Made by a program: the position numbers and the translations under genes. 64,000 bases of DNA. Origin: Lytechinus pictus. Its lineage: Eukaryota. Shown in pieces: positions 63,315 through 64,000 of the stretch (the first letter of the stretch is position 1; every line of letters starts with the position of its first letter). Where the stretch lies: contig NC_087247.1 in NCBI RefSeq assembly GCF_037042905.1, positions 24,304,001 to 24,368,000 of the forward strand. The letters are read 5' to 3'. The notes beneath the pieces are model-generated. The model was given only the letters and a program-made list of their open reading frames with translations, made no database searches and was not told the DNA's origin.

Positions 63315-64000
63315 GTGGTATCCTCCACAGTTTGATCAAAAGTATTTCAAAAACATGAAACCCAATTTCACCTAACAGAAAATCTTTGCAAATTTGCTTT
63401 AATAGTTCTAAGACTTAACCAAACACAGTGAAGGAATATACTATAGAATATAAAATTCTTCCTACTAAATTGCATTCAGCACAGAACAATTTGAGATTCG
63501 ATAACATGGATTTCCAAGCAGAAAATAAATTTACTACTCCTGCCTTGAGATGTTATGAAATACTGTAGGATAATTATATTCCCAAGTACAACAAATAACC
63601 TAATTCCAAATCCTAAAAAGGTATCTACCTGGTAATTTATTCAAAAGGACCAAAGAATTTTTTGGGAAAATGTAGAAATAAAGTATTCACCTATATGGTA
63701 AATCCATAATACGGGAAGATTATTTTAATGTGGTGACCAAAATGAAATGTAATATTCACTATTGAAGGCATAAACAACATTCAGTATCAAACAGATCCTC
63801 AGCTCAACTTGTGAAAGAAGACAAGCACAATTCAGCTTGTTTCATTCACTATTAAACTGAGCCACGCCCAAGCCAAAAATTTACAAACACAACACAGCAA
63901 AGAGCATGAAAATTCAGCACTCTGAATCACTCAAAAATTACACAAACAAAACATGGGAAAGAGACTAGAAAATCTATTCTGAAAATCGCAATTTCGCACA

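Larger units (their letters stand above)
57653..64000 (-). mobile_element. Non-autonomous or decayed Ty3/gypsy-like LTR retroelement extending past the window end
   Basis: Order on the minus strand is gag-like ORF, repeat-rich ORF, about 3.6 kb without long ORFs, PPT, LTR. The 5' LTR is not in the window. Confidence 0.65.

Overview
Eukaryotic, AT-rich, intron- and transposon-rich DNA, most likely a sea urchin; this is inferred from the repeat families, not proven. Three multi-exon genes can be assembled by hand with consistent GT-AG boundaries and reading frames: (1) a CRT-like (chloroquine-resistance-transporter family) membrane transporter, minus strand, 4 coding exons, about 431 aa; (2) coatomer subunit gamma (COPG), plus strand, 21 coding exons, about 870 aa; (3) an SLC37/GlpT-like MFS sugar-phosphate transporter, minus strand, 12 coding exons, about 411 aa, convergent with COPG. 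The rest is a dense mobile-element landscape. It includes a complete 3.8-kb TU-type foldback transposon (15-bp tandem-repeat arms, 8-bp TSD), four tiny CAT...ATG palindromes inside 7-bp duplications that resemble P/Galileo-type excision footprints, and Kolobok-, Harbinger-, hAT- and piggyBac-like MITEs. There is also a Helentron-type satellite-carrying element and several decayed LINEs. The window ends in the 3' part of a Ty3/gypsy-like LTR element with gag but no recognisable pol; its gag is linked to an unrelated repeat-rich ORF by a canonical -1 slippery heptamer. No database search was possible, so family assignments rest on motif recognition and terminal/TSD structure.
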